From: Chlorobiota bacterium
GTDB taxonomy: Bacteria; Bacteroidota; Bacteroidia; Bacteroidales; F082
Length of the DNA: 46,081 nt
NCBI GenBank assembly: GCA_013151505.1
Contig: JAADID010000175.1
Coordinates: 1 to 46,081, forward strand
Direction of reading: 5' to 3'
The position numbers and the translations under genes are program-made. The notes below the pieces were generated by a model, which worked only from the letters and a program-made list of their open reading frames with translations, did not search any database and was not told the origin of the DNA. Shown piece by piece: positions 34,198-44,376 of this stretch (positions are counted from its first letter, which is position 1; each line of letters begins with the position of its first letter).

Positions 34198-35097
34198 ATG
34201 AAAAAGAACAACCAGATTGTACGAGGAACTATTGCCATCAGCATTTCCGCCATTATGTGGGGATTCGACGGCGTGGTACTTACGCCCCGGTTGTATAACC
34301 TGGATGTTATTTATGTCGTTTTCATTTTACACCTGATCCCATTTGTACTGATGAATGTCATTTTTTTCAGGCAATATGCGCAGATCAGGAATTTTGTCAG
34401 ACAGGATTATATCACATTCACGCTGATAGCCGTTTTCGGCGGGACCCTTGGTACCTATGCCATTGTAAAAGCCTTATTTCTGGTCAATTTTCAACAATTA
34501 TCGGTTGTTGTGTTACTCCAGAAACTGCAACCCATCTTTGCCATTGTACTGGCAGGTCTGCTCCTCGGTGAAAAAATCAGGAAGGATTTTGCGCTATGGG
34601 CTTCCGTGGCAATCGTTGCCAGTTACTTCTTAACATTCGGACTACACCTCCCAAACCTGAATACCGAAAAGAACACCATTCTGGCTGCCCTGTTTGCTTT
34701 GTTGGCTGCTTTCTCATTTGGCAGCTCAACGGTTTTTTCAAAAAAAATATTGCTGAACTATAATTTTATCACAGCCACTTTTTACCGTTATGGTTTTACC
34801 ACACTCATCACCGGGTTAGTTGTTTTAATTGGTGGAAAATTTCACTGGATCTACCAGACTACCGAAACAAACTGGCTTTATTTTATTATCATCGGACTGA
34901 CTACCGGCTCGGGGGCCATCTTTATTTATTATTACGGCTTGCGCCGGGTTAAAGCCATCATTGCTACAATCAGCGAACTCCTGTTTCCCATATCCGCCAT
35001 ACTGTTCGATTACCTGATCAATGGCAGCATCCTCTCCCCTGTCCAGTTGGTCAGCGCTGCCGTAATGGTATTTGCCATCATCAAATTAAACAACTAA
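34198..35097 (+). CDS. EamA/DMT-family transporter
   Basis: 299 aa with about 10 TM helices in two EamA-like halves. Confidence 0.8.
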   Translation: MKKNNQIVRGTIAISISAIMWGFDGVVLTPRLYNLDVIYVVFILHLIPFVLMNVIFFRQYAQIRNFVRQDYITFTLIAVFGGTLGTYAIVKALFLVNFQQLSVVVLLQKLQPIFAIVLAGLLLGEKIRKDFALWASVAIVASYFLTFGLHLPNLNTEKNTILAALFALLAAFSFGSSTVFSKKILLNYNFITATFYRYGFTTLITGLVVLIGGKFHWIYQTTETNWLYFIIIGLTTGSGAIFIYYYGLRRVKAIIATISELLFPISAILFDYLINGSILSPVQLVSAAVMVFAIIKLNN

Positions 35098-35235
35098 CGC
35101 TGTGGTGTCCTGTTAACAGGTAAAACAGAAGTTTTTTGGCGAAATCAAAAAAATTTACCTCAACATTAGCCTGTTTTTAAAACTTAAAAAAGATATATCT
35201 TTACACGCTCCTTTTATCAATAAAAATGTGATATT

Positions 35236-35496
35236 ATGTCTGAAGAAATTAAATTGGTTTATACCGGTTCAAGAGCAGAAGGATTATGGGTCCAGGAGAT
35301 TTTAAAAGAAAACGGAATCGGATCAATACTGAAAGATACGCTTTCCTCAAGTGTGCAGGGAGGCTGGGCTGACGGGTCCCCTGAAGATGCACTCCTGATC
35401 TACGTGGAATCTTTTAACTATAAAAAGGCAAAATCTGTTCTTGATGAATATTTTAAAAAGCGTAAACCGCTAAAAAATGACAACGATAATAGTTGA
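35236..35496 (+). CDS. small DUF2007-like (putative signal-transducing) protein
   Basis: 86 aa. 'LVYTGSRAEGLWVQEILKENGI' resembles the DUF2007 N-terminus. It overlaps the downstream GNAT gene by 20 nt. Confidence 0.5.
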   Translation: MSEEIKLVYTGSRAEGLWVQEILKENGIGSILKDTLSSSVQGGWADGSPEDALLIYVESFNYKKAKSVLDEYFKKRKPLKNDNDNS

Positions 35497-36019
35497 TGAC
35501 GGTTTTGAACTCCGGCCGGTAACGCCGGCTTCCGCACAAACTATCTTTAAAAGTATTATACGTTCCGGCGACCATCTTCGCCGGTGGCTGCCTTTTATTG
35601 AAAATACAAAATCAGTCGGCGACACGCGTCGCTTTATCAAAACAACAATCAAGACCCCCTGTCCGAAAAAGGATATGATCTTCGAGATCAGCGTAAACAA
35701 TGTTTTTGCCGGATTGATCAGCCTTAAAGAAATAGACAATCTCAATGCCAAAGCCGAGATCGGTTATTGGCTGGATGTAAACATGACCGGAAAAGGGATC
35801 ATGCAGCGGGCCTGCAAAGCGCTTATCAGTTATTCTTTTGATGAATTGAAATTGAACAGGGTCTGGATCAAAACTGCCGTCGGGAATAAAAAAAGCGCCG
35901 CAATACCGGTTAACCTGGGTTTTTATTTCGAAGGCATCGAAAGAGATGGCGAACTACTGAATGGTAAGTTTCATGACCTTATGGTTTACAGTATGTTAAA
36001 AAACGAATGGAAACAATGA
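35477..36019 (+). CDS. GNAT N-acetyltransferase (RimJ/RimL-like)
   Basis: 180 aa. 'IGYWLDVNMTGKGIMQRACKALISYSF' and 'AAIPVNLGFYFEGIER' fit the Acetyltransf_3 pattern. Confidence 0.8.
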   Translation: MTTIIVDDGFELRPVTPASAQTIFKSIIRSGDHLRRWLPFIENTKSVGDTRRFIKTTIKTPCPKKDMIFEISVNNVFAGLISLKEIDNLNAKAEIGYWLDVNMTGKGIMQRACKALISYSFDELKLNRVWIKTAVGNKKSAAIPVNLGFYFEGIERDGELLNGKFHDLMVYSMLKNEWKQ

Positions 36020-36849
36020 TGGAACCCGCATTGCTTAACTATTTTATTTACAATGACGAGTTAAAAGACACCTGCGATTTCAACAGCCGTTTTATTGAAA
36101 AAGGCCCGGGAATATATGAGGTCATCCGGTTTCAGGACGGGAAGCCGCTTTTTCTCGACGAACACATCCGGCGGTTTTTCCAATCGGCAAAATATGAAAA
36201 ACTCCCGCTTGAACTTACTGAAGAACAAATACGGGAACGCATCAAAACATTAATTATAAGCAACCGTGCAAAACAAGGCAACATTTTCTTCGAACTGACG
36301 ATCAACCCGGAAAAAGGCCCTGTTTTTACGGCGTGGGTCATGCCCTCCTATTATCCCTCGAAAGAGGAATTAACAAACGGCGTGGTAATCAAAACCATGA
36401 CCGGAGCACGAAAAAAACCGCATTCAAAAAGGATCAACCTGCCCGTACGTAAAACGGCGGATAAAATAATACAAGGTGAACACGTTGCCGAAGTACTGAT
36501 GATCTCCGACAGCGGGCTGGTCACCGAGGGCAGTCGGTCGAATATCTTTTTTGTAAAAGATACCGCACTTTACACTCCTCCGCTCAAGCTGGTACTTCCC
36601 GGTATAACCCGTTCGGTTATCATCCGTCTGGCCCGGGAAAACGGGATAAAGGTGTTTGAAGAAGACATACGGTTTGACCACATTCAAAGATTTGATTCCT
36701 GCTTTTTGACCAGCACTTCAAGGGACGTCTTGCCTGTCAGGCAGATAGATAAACTCCGCTATTCCGTTTCAAGCCCGGTAATCCGGAAATTAATATCCCT
36801 TTTCGAGGATATGGCTTTTGAATATTTTCTGAATTTTTCGTGGGACTGA
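36007..36849 (+). CDS. class IV (fold type IV) PLP aminotransferase/lyase
   Basis: 280 aa. 'VTEGSRSNIFFVKDTALYTPP...LPGITR' is the class IV signature region. Confidence 0.8.
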   Translation: METMMEPALLNYFIYNDELKDTCDFNSRFIEKGPGIYEVIRFQDGKPLFLDEHIRRFFQSAKYEKLPLELTEEQIRERIKTLIISNRAKQGNIFFELTINPEKGPVFTAWVMPSYYPSKEELTNGVVIKTMTGARKKPHSKRINLPVRKTADKIIQGEHVAEVLMISDSGLVTEGSRSNIFFVKDTALYTPPLKLVLPGITRSVIIRLARENGIKVFEEDIRFDHIQRFDSCFLTSTSRDVLPVRQIDKLRYSVSSPVIRKLISLFEDMAFEYFLNFSWD

Positions 36850-36859
36850 CCTGACGGTA

Positions 36860-37960
36860 TTATTCCGAAGCATCATCATAATAGATCCTGTAAATACAAC
36901 CGGCATAATCATCCGAAACATACAGCGCGCCATCCGGCCCCACAGCCACATCGGCCGGACGACCCCAGAAATTCTCGTTTTCGAGCCATCCTTTGGCAAA
37001 AACTTCGTAACGGATTGCTTTGCCATTCTTTACGGTAACAAATGAAACCTGGTATCCTACTTTTTTCGACCGATTCCACGATCCGTGTTCCGCAATGAAT
37101 ATTCCGTTTTTGTATTTGTTTTCAAACATTTCGCCTGTGTAAAAGCACATGCCGAGGGTTGCGCTGTGTGCCTGGATTTCCCATTGAGGCAGAGTAAACC
37201 TGACGCCTTCGGGCCTCTTATTCCAAAATACAGGATCTTTTATATTTTTCCCGTGCAGATACGGAAAACCGAAATGCAATCCCGCCACCGGAGCCCTGTT
37301 CAATTCGTCGGGAGGTATATCATCCCCCATCATATCACGTCCGTTATCGGTAAACCACAATACCCCTGTTTCAGGGTGAAAATCGAATCCGACCGTATTT
37401 CTTACTCCCCGGGCAAATATCTCAAAACCGCTACCATCTTTGTTTATCCGGCAGATTGTCGCATAAACGGGGTTCACGCTGTCACAAACATTACACGCCG
37501 CCCCTACCGGAACATACAGTTTTCCATCCGGCCCGAAACGGATATATTTCCAGCCATGCCATGTGGCCGTGGGGAACCGGTCTGTCACAATCTCCCTGAC
37601 CGGCGAATCGAGGTGTTCAAGGATATCGGGATATTTATAAATGGTCGAAACCGCCCCCACATAAAGGTCACCTTCATAAAAATCAAGTCCTGATGGCATG
37701 TTCAGCCCTGAATCAATGACAATTGCTTTGTTGTTTTGAATGGCATAAACATTGCCGGCATTTCTCGACCCGGCAAACAAGGTACCGTCCGGCGCAAAAG
37801 CCAAAGCCCTTGCATTTTTTACTCCTTTGGCAAAAATTTCAATATGATAATGCTCAGGCAACCTGATGTTTTCAATATAAACAGGCCTCTCCTGTGCCCA
37901 ACCGGATATTCCCGGCCCGAAGACAAACAAAAGACACTGAAACCAAATAATCGTTTTCAT
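36860..37960 (-). CDS. PQQ-dependent sugar (sorbosone/glucose) dehydrogenase-family beta-propeller
   Basis: The signal peptide fits from the internal ATG ('MKTIIWFQCLLFVFG', 37960). 'LWFTDNGRDMMGDDIPPDELN', 'HFGFPY' and 'GPDGALYVSDDYAGCIYRI' are typical of the family. Confidence 0.8.
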   Translation of the reverse strand: MKTIIWFQCLLFVFGPGISGWAQERPVYIENIRLPEHYHIEIFAKGVKNARALAFAPDGTLFAGSRNAGNVYAIQNNKAIVIDSGLNMPSGLDFYEGDLYVGAVSTIYKYPDILEHLDSPVREIVTDRFPTATWHGWKYIRFGPDGKLYVPVGAACNVCDSVNPVYATICRINKDGSGFEIFARGVRNTVGFDFHPETGVLWFTDNGRDMMGDDIPPDELNRAPVAGLHFGFPYLHGKNIKDPVFWNKRPEGVRFTLPQWEIQAHSATLGMCFYTGEMFENKYKNGIFIAEHGSWNRSKKVGYQVSFVTVKNGKAIRYEVFAKGWLENENFWGRPADVAVGPDGALYVSDDYAGCIYRIYYDDASE

Positions 37961-37996
37961 AAGCAGTAAACTGATTTTTCCAAAGATAACAAAACT

Positions 37997-38947
37997 ATGA
38001 CAGATTTTCATCGGGAATTACTCTCTATTTTTGTACATTTACTCGTTTTTTACAAATCAAAAGAGCAGGTGACCTTATTCTGTAAAACAATTAACAAATT
38101 GATTCTTCCGGAAATTTTCTTGTTGTTTGTTTCCCTGTCCGCGATAAGTATTCCGGGAAATGCACAAAAGAAAGTGCCGGATGATTTTTGTATCACGTCA
38201 GAAGAAAAAAAACTTTTTGATGACATCAATGCATTGCTTACCGATTATAATAAAAAAGCGTTAAAACTTTCGGCCTCTTTGTCGTATGTGGCCCGTCTTC
38301 ACGTGGACGACCTGTTGAAAAACAGACCGGATACCAGCATTTGCAACCTCTCGAGCTGGAGCGACAAAGGTGCGTGGACCGCCTGTTGTTACAATAAATA
38401 TGTAGCGGACCAGGAATGTATGTGGGGTAAACCCAAAGAGCTGACTACTTACCCTTACCGCGGATATGAACTGGCCGGTTATTTTCAGGATGAGTTTACA
38501 GCCGATTCGGTGATTGAATTGTGGTCATCGCAAAAGGAAGTCCTGGATATGATTCTTGCCCGCGAAAACTATTCAAAAAAAGAATGGGTTTGTATGGGGG
38601 TAGGGATGAACGGGCATTATGTTTCCGTTTGGTTTGGCCAGCGGCCTGATAAGGTAAAACCACCTCCTGTATGCGATACTTCCGAAATTGTTCTGACAAC
38701 TTCAAAAAAAACGAAAAAAAAATCAACTGTCAGCTATTATCTGATCATTGCTTCTTTTACAAACGAAAGAGATGCGCGTGAAGCCATTAAAAGGTTCAAA
38801 AAAAACGGATTTAATAATGTCGGATATTTAAAAACCAACGGAAAAGTGCGCATTTATCTCGACCGTTATTCCAACATTAAAGAAGCCATGTACGCCAAAC
38901 AAAACCTTCCGTACACCTATCGTGATGCATGGATATACAAGGAATGA
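37997..38947 (+). CDS. secreted CAP/SCP-like + SPOR-domain protein
   Basis: The C-terminal 'YYLIIASFTNERDAREAIKRFKKNGF...VRIYLDRYSNIKEAMYAKQNL' is a SPOR-type fold pattern. The true start is uncertain; a TTG at 38099 would give a cleaner signal peptide. Confidence 0.6.
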   Translation: MTDFHRELLSIFVHLLVFYKSKEQVTLFCKTINKLILPEIFLLFVSLSAISIPGNAQKKVPDDFCITSEEKKLFDDINALLTDYNKKALKLSASLSYVARLHVDDLLKNRPDTSICNLSSWSDKGAWTACCYNKYVADQECMWGKPKELTTYPYRGYELAGYFQDEFTADSVIELWSSQKEVLDMILARENYSKKEWVCMGVGMNGHYVSVWFGQRPDKVKPPPVCDTSEIVLTTSKKTKKKSTVSYYLIIASFTNERDAREAIKRFKKNGFNNVGYLKTNGKVRIYLDRYSNIKEAMYAKQNLPYTYRDAWIYKE

Positions 38948-39094
38948 TCTCCAAAAAATAATCTATCTTTGAACCCTTCTATTTTTTAGGGAGTACTTGT
39001 CAACAACCGGGTTAATTATAGGAAAAGTGGAAAATATCATCTAAAATTCTGATTTCTGTTGAAATAAATTTTGAATATTCAAATAAACGAGGTC

Positions 39095-40273
39095 ATGCCT
39101 GAATACAAGCTAACAGAAGTAACTGATAAAAAAACCGTTAAAAAGTTCCTTGAGCTTCCTGTTGAGATCAACCGGGGTGATGACAACTGGATCAGGCCTT
39201 TGGATGATGATATCGAAAAAATATTTGACCGCAAAAAGAACAAGCTGTTCAGAAACGGAGATGCCATCAGGTGGATCATGGAAGACAACAACGGGAAAGT
39301 CGTAGGGCGTGTTGCTGCTTTCTATGATGAAGCCACTGCAAAGAAAAACGACCAGCCCACAGGCGGCATCGGTTTTTTTGAATGCATAAACGATCAGCAG
39401 GCTGCCAACCTGCTCTTTGATACCTCGCGTGAATGGCTCAAAAACAAAGGCATGGAAGCCATGGACGGCCCGGTCAACTTCGGTTCGCGTGAAAATTTCT
39501 GGGGATGCCTTGCCGATGGCTTCTATGAACCTATTTACAAGATGCCCTATAACCCCAAATATTATAATGACCTGTTTGAAGGATACGGTTTTCGGAATTA
39601 TTTCAATCAGTACACTTATCACATGCCGTTGAACCCCGACCTGCTGGATCCTGTGATCAGGGAAAAGGCCGACAGGTTATCAAAAAACCCAAAATACCGT
39701 TTCATTATTTATGATAAAAAGCAAATGGAGAAATTTGCTGAAGATTTCATGATCATCTTCAACAAAGCCTGGGGACCCTTTTCCGGCGTCAAACCCTTTA
39801 GCAGGCAACAAGCCCTTGGTATGTTCAAATCCATGAAACCTGTGGCTGACCCGCGAACCCTTATTTTCGGATATTATGATAACCAACCCATTGGGTTTTT
39901 TATCATGATCCCCGACCTGTACCAGGCATACCGGCATTTTGACGGCAGGTTCGGAACGGTTAACAAATTGCGACTCCTCTATAAATTAAAAGTCAGCAAA
40001 AATTTCACCCGGCTGGTCGGGTTGATTTTCGGAGTAATTCCCGAATTTCAAAAAAAAGGGGCCACATCGGGACTTATATTACGTTTTGAAAAAGAAGTCG
40101 TTAAACCTGATTTTCACTATACCGACCTCGAAATGAACTGGATAGGAGACTTCAATCCCGCTATGATGAAAATTGCTGAACTTATCGGCTCAAAGATCAG
40201 GAAAACACACATTACCTACCGGTATTTGTTCGACCGGAAAAAAGAATTCAAACGGGCAAAAAAGGTCAGTTAG
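39095..40273 (+). CDS. hypothetical protein, possible GNAT-fold
   Basis: The ORF-track start (39071) is a TTG; the ATG at 39095 ('MPEYKLTEV') is preferred. 'FGVIPEFQKKGATSGLI' resembles an acetyl-CoA-binding Q/RxxGxA loop. Confidence 0.55.
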   Translation: MPEYKLTEVTDKKTVKKFLELPVEINRGDDNWIRPLDDDIEKIFDRKKNKLFRNGDAIRWIMEDNNGKVVGRVAAFYDEATAKKNDQPTGGIGFFECINDQQAANLLFDTSREWLKNKGMEAMDGPVNFGSRENFWGCLADGFYEPIYKMPYNPKYYNDLFEGYGFRNYFNQYTYHMPLNPDLLDPVIREKADRLSKNPKYRFIIYDKKQMEKFAEDFMIIFNKAWGPFSGVKPFSRQQALGMFKSMKPVADPRTLIFGYYDNQPIGFFIMIPDLYQAYRHFDGRFGTVNKLRLLYKLKVSKNFTRLVGLIFGVIPEFQKKGATSGLILRFEKEVVKPDFHYTDLEMNWIGDFNPAMMKIAELIGSKIRKTHITYRYLFDRKKEFKRAKKVS

Positions 40274-40281
40274 TTGCTTTT

Positions 40282-41772
40282 ATGAAAGTTAAAACCATTC
40301 TTTTTTCAGGCTTGTTTGCCTTATCCCATTCCGTTTACTCACAGGGTATCTATCAGCCCACACAGGTTTGTTGCGACATCACCGATGAAATACTGAACCT
40401 GAATGTTATTTCGGCAAAAAACAATATCAGAGGACAATTAAGGAAAACGCCCGATAATTTTTATCTGTATTATCTTGATCAATATGCCGATTTTATCAAC
40501 TTGCTGATTGCCCCCAATGAAAACAAATTCAGGCGCTTTAAAGACAACTACTCTGCTTACCGGGAGATAATGGATGACAATGATAATGATTCCCCGTATT
40601 ATTATTTTATCAAATCAACCATGCAATTGCAAATGGGACTGGTCAAATTAAAATTCGGCGATTACATCACGGGGATCAATCATGTGTTCAGGGCTTACCG
40701 GAATACAAGGAAAAACACAGAGAAATTTCCTGATTTTTACGGGAACAAAAAAATGAACGGACTTTTCAATCTTATTCTGACCAACATTCCTCCGTTTATC
40801 AGAAATGTGGCAAAAGTATTTGGCGTGAAACCCAGTAACCAAAATCCGATTGATTTGCTTGAGCAATACAAAACCGGCGTAACCGGTAAAAAAGGTTTAA
40901 AAGTTGAAGCGGATATTTTCATCACGCTGGCCTATTTGCTTGAAAAAGAACCGGATAAAGGTTTCCTCCACATTTCTTCTTTGGATCCTGCAGAATACAA
41001 TAATTTTCTTGTAAAATATTTTTACGGCAACCTGGCTTACCATGCCCGTGAAAACGAGAAAGCCCTGAAAGTGTTCCGCACCATAGACATCAACAGGACA
41101 GAGGTTCCGTTTTATCCCTATTATTTCCTGTACGGAAAAATATTAATGAATAAACTGGATCCGCACGCAAGCGACTACTTCGTGAAGTTCATCAGCGAAA
41201 CCAACGGAATAGACTACCTGAAACAGGCCCATCTTTATCTGGCATACGGTTACCTGCTGAAAGGGGAGAAAGAAAAATATGAGATTGAGTTGACCCTGGT
41301 AAAAAAGACGGGATCGGATAAAACCGAACGTGACCGGGATGCACTCTGTGATCTAAAATCGGGTTATACGCCTGATACAACCCTGCTTCAGGCATCGTTT
41401 CTTGAAAAGGGCGGGTATTTTACCGAAGCCAGCGTGAAATTATCACATTATAACTTTTCTCATCAACAACCGGTCCCCGACAAATTAAATTACATGTTGC
41501 TTAACGGTAACGTTGCACTGGGGCTTCACGATACGATCAGCGCCACCGGCTATTATAAAGAAACCATTGCCATCGGCGAAAAGGAAAAGTACTTTTTTGC
41601 CTGTAATGCAGCTTTAAATCTGGGAATGATATATGAAAGCCGGGGTGATCTCATAACCGCCCGGTCATATTATGATCTTTGCAAAGACCTGTATGATTCG
41701 GGTTATTATGAATCCATCATAGACAAAGCTGAAAAAGGCCTGGCGCGCATTGAAGCCGGATTGAAAAAATAA
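40282..41772 (+). CDS. secreted hypothetical protein with TPR-like helical C-terminus
   Basis: 496 aa with a signal peptide ('LFSGLFALSHSVYSQ'). The C-terminal 'ALNLGMIYESRGDLITARSYYDLC' is a TPR-like motif. Confidence 0.5.
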   Translation: MKVKTILFSGLFALSHSVYSQGIYQPTQVCCDITDEILNLNVISAKNNIRGQLRKTPDNFYLYYLDQYADFINLLIAPNENKFRRFKDNYSAYREIMDDNDNDSPYYYFIKSTMQLQMGLVKLKFGDYITGINHVFRAYRNTRKNTEKFPDFYGNKKMNGLFNLILTNIPPFIRNVAKVFGVKPSNQNPIDLLEQYKTGVTGKKGLKVEADIFITLAYLLEKEPDKGFLHISSLDPAEYNNFLVKYFYGNLAYHARENEKALKVFRTIDINRTEVPFYPYYFLYGKILMNKLDPHASDYFVKFISETNGIDYLKQAHLYLAYGYLLKGEKEKYEIELTLVKKTGSDKTERDRDALCDLKSGYTPDTTLLQASFLEKGGYFTEASVKLSHYNFSHQQPVPDKLNYMLLNGNVALGLHDTISATGYYKETIAIGEKEKYFFACNAALNLGMIYESRGDLITARSYYDLCKDLYDSGYYESIIDKAEKGLARIEAGLKK

Positions 41773-41853
41773 AACATTCGTATTTCCGAAAGCAGGCGTT
41801 TGTCATCCGTAACCCAAAATCTTAGTATCTTTAGCCCGCATTTGTCAATCAAA

Positions 41854-44373
41854 ATGTTAACCATGTTTCACAGACCAATCCGAATTCTTTTCATTTTACT
41901 CCTCGTGATCCTGGCAGGGTATGCCGCTTTTCCACAGGAATCCAAACCGCAGATAATGATATCACCTGAGGGCGATACGATTACAATTAAGGCGATAGAA
42001 TTATCCCAGATCACTTCAAGTATTGAAGAATCCTATAATACCATCAAAAATGTTCGTCAGGTTCTCGCAGACAACAAAGACCTGCAGGGGTTTGATTCGC
42101 TTTACGTTTTGGGGATGAAATATTTGAAAGAGGAAAAGGAAAAAATACTGAAAAATGAAGATGAATTTACCCTTATCCAGATTGATAATTTCATGAAACA
42201 ATGGGAAGCAAATCAGGCAAAAGCCGATATGTGGAAAACAAGAATACAAAAACGGGTAAAAATATTAAACGATAATTTATTTATTGTTTCCGTTTTAAAG
42301 GAGAAGTGGCTGGTAACCTATAAAAAATCGAGGAAAGCAGGTGTTCCCGAGAACGTTTTGACAAGCGTTTCGGATCTCATCGTAAAACTGAAAGACCTTG
42401 AGAAAGAGATTAAACGGGAACAAAACAAAACGCTGGATATGCAAAACAACATCACCAAGGTGATGCTTATGATAGATCAAACACTCACGGAGTTAAATAA
42501 GATCCAAACGGTCGTTCAGTCCGACTACCTTCGCCAGGATAGTCCGCCATTATGGAGCGCGGGCGATTCAACCATTAATCCGCGCAGTACAAGCTTACTC
42601 ATTAAACAATCAGTGGCGTCCAACCAAAAAAGTATTTCCCTGTTTTTTGGTGAAAACAAAAACACAATGATTTTCCACGTGATCCTCTTTTTCCTGATCT
42701 GGGGAATACTGTATTTATTATACAAACAGTCGGATAAACTGGAAGCAAAAGTCGAATCCGAAGGTATGCAAACAATACTTTCCAAATCCAGGGAGATCAT
42801 TTCACGACATGTTGCCGACGCGCTTATCATCGCCATGTTTCTCACTTTATGGCTGTATCCTCCTATGATCAGTTCGATTAGTAAAGTTATCCAACTGGTT
42901 TTTCTCATCATTGCCATTATCATCCTGCCCGGTTTTACCAACAAGAAAATAAAACCTTTTCTGTACATCGTACTCGTGCTTTATCTTATCAATCTTTTTC
43001 ATGTGATGATCCCGGGCAAAACTTTATTTATAAGGATTATTTTAGTGGTGGAAAATATTCTCTCCGCATGGTTACTCTATAAGATATTTAAATCCGTTGA
43101 AATAATTTTCCCGGGGTTTAAATCAAGCCGGTGGGGATTTTTTGTGTACCTGATACCCGTGTTCCTTCTTTTTCTCGCTACATCATTTATAGGGAACCTG
43201 ATTGGCTTTGTGAATATTGCTTTGCTGTTGAATAATGCGGTGACAGATGCCCTCATCAGTATTGTCATTTTAACCCTGGCGGTAATGGTCTTCATAGCCA
43301 CTTTCTCGATTTTGATCAGGATGCCCTGGGTACTTAAATCGAATCTGATCAGGAATCACTTTACATTGACCGAAAAACGGATCTATCAAATAATCCGGAT
43401 CGTCGGAATATGGCTATGGATTAAATCGGTATTGACAGATTTAAGTCTTTATTCCATTCTTTACGACTGGTTCACCGGGTTAACATCAATTTCATGGAAG
43501 GTTGGGAAAACAACGATCGAGTTAGGAGGAATAATCAATTTCTTCCTGATCATCATCATTACTTATTATGTAACCAGGTTTATTAAAATCATACTAAACG
43601 AAGAAGTTTTTCCGCGTATCAGGTTACCGCGGGGTGTTCCCGGCGCCATTACCATGATTACCGGATACTTTATTGCCGGATACGGCCTTTTTCTTGCCAT
43701 CGCCGCCATGGGAGTTGATTTGGGAAAATTCGGATTGCTTGCCGGAACGCTGGGCGTTGGTATCGGTTTTGGCCTTCAGGGAATTGTTGCCAATTTTATT
43801 GCCGGGCTGGTACTGGCTTTTGAACGGCCCATCCAGGTAGGCGATACCATTGAAGTAAACGGTATGATGGGTGATGTGGTCTCTATCGGTGTCAGGTCGA
43901 GTTCCATCAGGACTTTTGACGGCAGCGAAGTAATCATTCCCAACAGTACGCTCATCACCAACGATGTGATAAACTGGACATTGTCAGACCGCAAAAAAAG
44001 ACGGGATATCCAGGTAGGTGTTGCTTATGGTACCGATCCGCACAAAGTATTGGAGATCATCAAAAAAGTAGCTAACGAACATCCCAATGTGTTAAAAACA
44101 CCCGCCCCGTGGGCCTTGTTTGACGGTTTTGGCGACAGCGCTCTGAATTTCAGAATAAGGATATGGACTACCATGGACACGGGGATGACAACAAAAAGTG
44201 AAGTGGCCATTGCCATTTATGATGCTTTGCAGGAAGCCGGCATTCAGATACCTTTCCCTCAGCACGACTTGCATCTTAAATCAATTGATCCTGAAATTGA
44301 GAAAGTGGCATTCAGAAAAACAAATGTTCAGTCGGGGAAAAAGAATACACCCGAAACTGATAAAAACAAATAA
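41854..44373 (+). CDS. large MscS-family mechanosensitive channel (MscK/KefA-like architecture)
   Basis: The ORF-track start is a TTG; the ATG at 41854 gives 'MLTMFHRPIRILFILLL'. Periplasmic coiled-coil region, about 10 TM helices and an MscS core 'GIGFGLQGIVANFIAGLVLAFERPIQVGDTIEV'. Confidence 0.85.
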   Translation: MLTMFHRPIRILFILLLVILAGYAAFPQESKPQIMISPEGDTITIKAIELSQITSSIEESYNTIKNVRQVLADNKDLQGFDSLYVLGMKYLKEEKEKILKNEDEFTLIQIDNFMKQWEANQAKADMWKTRIQKRVKILNDNLFIVSVLKEKWLVTYKKSRKAGVPENVLTSVSDLIVKLKDLEKEIKREQNKTLDMQNNITKVMLMIDQTLTELNKIQTVVQSDYLRQDSPPLWSAGDSTINPRSTSLLIKQSVASNQKSISLFFGENKNTMIFHVILFFLIWGILYLLYKQSDKLEAKVESEGMQTILSKSREIISRHVADALIIAMFLTLWLYPPMISSISKVIQLVFLIIAIIILPGFTNKKIKPFLYIVLVLYLINLFHVMIPGKTLFIRIILVVENILSAWLLYKIFKSVEIIFPGFKSSRWGFFVYLIPVFLLFLATSFIGNLIGFVNIALLLNNAVTDALISIVILTLAVMVFIATFSILIRMPWVLKSNLIRNHFTLTEKRIYQIIRIVGIWLWIKSVLTDLSLYSILYDWFTGLTSISWKVGKTTIELGGIINFFLIIIITYYVTRFIKIILNEEVFPRIRLPRGVPGAITMITGYFIAGYGLFLAIAAMGVDLGKFGLLAGTLGVGIGFGLQGIVANFIAGLVLAFERPIQVGDTIEVNGMMGDVVSIGVRSSSIRTFDGSEVIIPNSTLITNDVINWTLSDRKKRRDIQVGVAYGTDPHKVLEIIKKVANEHPNVLKTPAPWALFDGFGDSALNFRIRIWTTMDTGMTTKSEVAIAIYDALQEAGIQIPFPQHDLHLKSIDPEIEKVAFRKTNVQSGKKNTPETDKNK

Positions 44374-44376
44374 AAA

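Noticed and set aside
32975-34298. Small ORFs 32975..33163 (-), 33600..33920 (+), 33607..33897 (+) and 34059..34298 (+).
   Set aside because: They overlap the SDR gene or the EamA start, or lie in promoter regions. None has a motif.
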